DNA from: Rhizobium sp. Q54
GTDB lineage: Bacteria; Pseudomonadota; Alphaproteobacteria; UBA2966; CAIVPW01
Assembly (NCBI GenBank): GCA_945889645.1
Contig: CAMDCA010000003.1
Span: 20,739 to 84,738, forward strand
Length of the DNA: 64,000 bases
Direction: 5' to 3'
The notes beneath the pieces were generated by a model. It was not told where the DNA came from. It worked only from the letters and a program-made list of their open reading frames with translations, and did not search any database. Shown one piece after another: positions 62,507 to 64,000 of this stretch (the stretch's first letter is position 1; each line of letters starts with the position of its first letter). The translations under genes and the position numbers were made by a program.

Positions 62507-63457
62507 ATGGCCTTCCGTCTCAAGCTCGCACCGAGCCCCTCGCACATTAACTTCATGCGTTGGCGCCACGTCGGATTCCTGGCGTCGGCGCTCCTGACGA
62601 CGCTGTCGCTGGTGCTGGTCCTGACGCTCGGCCTCAACCTCGGCATCGACCTCAAGGGCGGCCTGATGATCGAGGCGCGCACGCAGACGTCGCCTGACCT
62701 CGGCGCCATGCGCGCGGCGATCGCCGCCCTCGATCTCGGTGAGGTCGGGTTGCAGCAGTTCGGCGGCGAGCGCGACGTCCTCATCCGCCTGCCGCAGCAG
62801 CCGGGCGGCGAAGCGGCCCAGCAAGAACTGGCGCAGCAGGTCAAGGATGCGCTGCAGGCCGCTGTCGGCCAGGTCGAGTACCGCCGAGTCGAGTTCGTCG
62901 GCCCGCAAGTGTCCAAGGAACTCATCGTCGATGGAGCGCTCGCGCTCAGCCTCGCCATCGCTGCGATGCTCGGGTACATCTGGATTCGCTTCGAGTGGCA
63001 GTTCGGCATCGGCACCACGCTTGCGTTGGTGTTCGACGCGGTCACGACGCTTGGCTTGTTCTCGCTGTTACAGCTCGAATTCAACCTGCCAATCATCGCG
63101 GCGATCCTCACGACGATCGGCTACTCGATGAACGACAAGGTCGTGATCTTCGACCGCGTGCGCGAGAACCTGCGCAAGTACCGCGCCATGGAGCTGTCAG
63201 CGCTGCTGGATCACTCGATCAACGACACCCTGGCGCGGACGGTGAACACGAGTTTCACTACTCTGATTGCGGTGTTGGCGTTGCTGTTCTTCGGCGGCGA
63301 CGTGTTGCGTGAGTTCAACCTCGCAATGACCTGGGGCGTGTTCATCGGTACGTTCTCGTCGATGTACATCGCGGCGCCTACGCTGCTGTATCTCGAACTC
63401 AACCGCGGCTCGGCGCAGGCCACGGGCGCCGCCACTCCAGTCCCGGCGACACGCTAG
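62507..63457 (+). CDS. secF: protein translocase subunit SecF
   Basis: 316 aa, ..GLNLGIDLKGGLMIEAR... Confidence 0.95.
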   Translation: MAFRLKLAPSPSHINFMRWRHVGFLASALLTTLSLVLVLTLGLNLGIDLKGGLMIEARTQTSPDLGAMRAAIAALDLGEVGLQQFGGERDVLIRLPQQPGGEAAQQELAQQVKDALQAAVGQVEYRRVEFVGPQVSKELIVDGALALSLAIAAMLGYIWIRFEWQFGIGTTLALVFDAVTTLGLFSLLQLEFNLPIIAAILTTIGYSMNDKVVIFDRVRENLRKYRAMELSALLDHSINDTLARTVNTSFTTLIAVLALLFFGGDVLREFNLAMTWGVFIGTFSSMYIAAPTLLYLELNRGSAQATGAATPVPATR

Positions 63458-63475
63458 CCGGACGGCGAGGCGGCG

Positions 63476-63853
63476 ATGGAAGTCACGCCGCTCGTTCCGC
63501 AAGGCCTGCAGGTCATCCAAAGCTACGGCGGCGGCGGCTTCACGGTGGCCGGCGTGCGGCATCGCGGTTCAATTCTCGTCATGCCGAATCGCACCCTAGC
63601 TTGGGCGTTGCGGGCGGGTGACGATCTGTCGATCGAGGCGCTCGGGTCGGTCATCGCCGAGATCTCGGAAACCGACCTGCTGCTGGTCGGCACCGGCGGC
63701 ACCGGGCTGCTGATCTCGGCGCCCGTGCGCGCCGCGCTGAAGGGCGCTAGAGTCGCCGTGGAATCGATGGCGACGCCCGCTGCGTGCCGGACCTTCAACG
63801 TCCTCCTGGCAGAGGAGCGCCGCGTCGCGGCAGCATTGATGGCCTTCGAATAG
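63476..63853 (+). CDS. Mth938-like domain protein (DUF498/NDUFAF3-like)
   Basis: 125 aa. ..GFTVAGVRHRGSILVMPN..LLLVGTGGTG... Conserved position after secF. Confidence 0.7.
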   Translation: MEVTPLVPQGLQVIQSYGGGGFTVAGVRHRGSILVMPNRTLAWALRAGDDLSIEALGSVIAEISETDLLLVGTGGTGLLISAPVRAALKGARVAVESMATPAACRTFNVLLAEERRVAAALMAFE

Positions 63854-64000
63854 GGTGGTCGTCTCGTGACATCCCGCGACAATCCTGGGTTGCCGCTTTT
63901 CCGCCGGCGCAGAACGAATGCTACACTCCGGCCGCTGCGGTGATCGCCGGACGCGACCGCCGCAAAGCCACGGGCGCGCTGGGAGGCGCGCCTGCATCGC

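Noticed and set aside
63854-64000. Start of a further gene after the Mth938-like ORF (possible GTG near 63940, ..VIAGRDRRKATGALGG)
   Set aside because: Too little sequence before the window edge to judge frame or family. Not called.

Overview
High-GC (~68-70%) alphaproteobacterial chromosomal segment, Rhizobiales/Bradyrhizobiaceae-like. It is dominated by core housekeeping genes in conserved synteny. Minus-strand sulfur operon: cysK-like, small membrane protein, sseA, metC. Also gltB-gltD, pcm, popZ, valS, yhhQ/queF, ilvD, xthA, erpA, dgt-argS-SPOR. A long conserved run is scpA-scpB-tatA-tatB-tatC-serS-surE-pcm-nlpD, followed by DUF815-yajC-secD-secF-Mth938. Many neighbours are translationally coupled by 4-nt ATGA/GTGA overlaps. 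The ORF track counts GTG/TTG as Met and omits ORFs that run off the window edge; metC was recovered by hand. A less conserved, accessory-like block (~20.4-28.0 kb) contains VOC, ArsR-SRPBCC, AlkD-like, a LysR-controlled oxidoreductase cassette with a tandem SnoaL-like duplication, tRNA-Asn, tRNA-Cys and a GNAT gene carrying an in-frame TGA. No CRISPR array, integrase, transposase or recognisable complete defence/secretion system was found. The most unusual observations are: (1) two in-frame, compositionally atypical insertions (~28 and ~62 codons) in serS; (2) a 3 x 16-bp tandem repeat at a gene end that removes the stop of an antisense small ORF; (3) two copies of an ~80-bp hairpin-forming intergenic repeat; (4) a perfect 16-bp-stem palindrome upstream of cspA; (5) pseudogenised or decaying genes (GNAT, SnoaL paralogue, hydrolase remnant).
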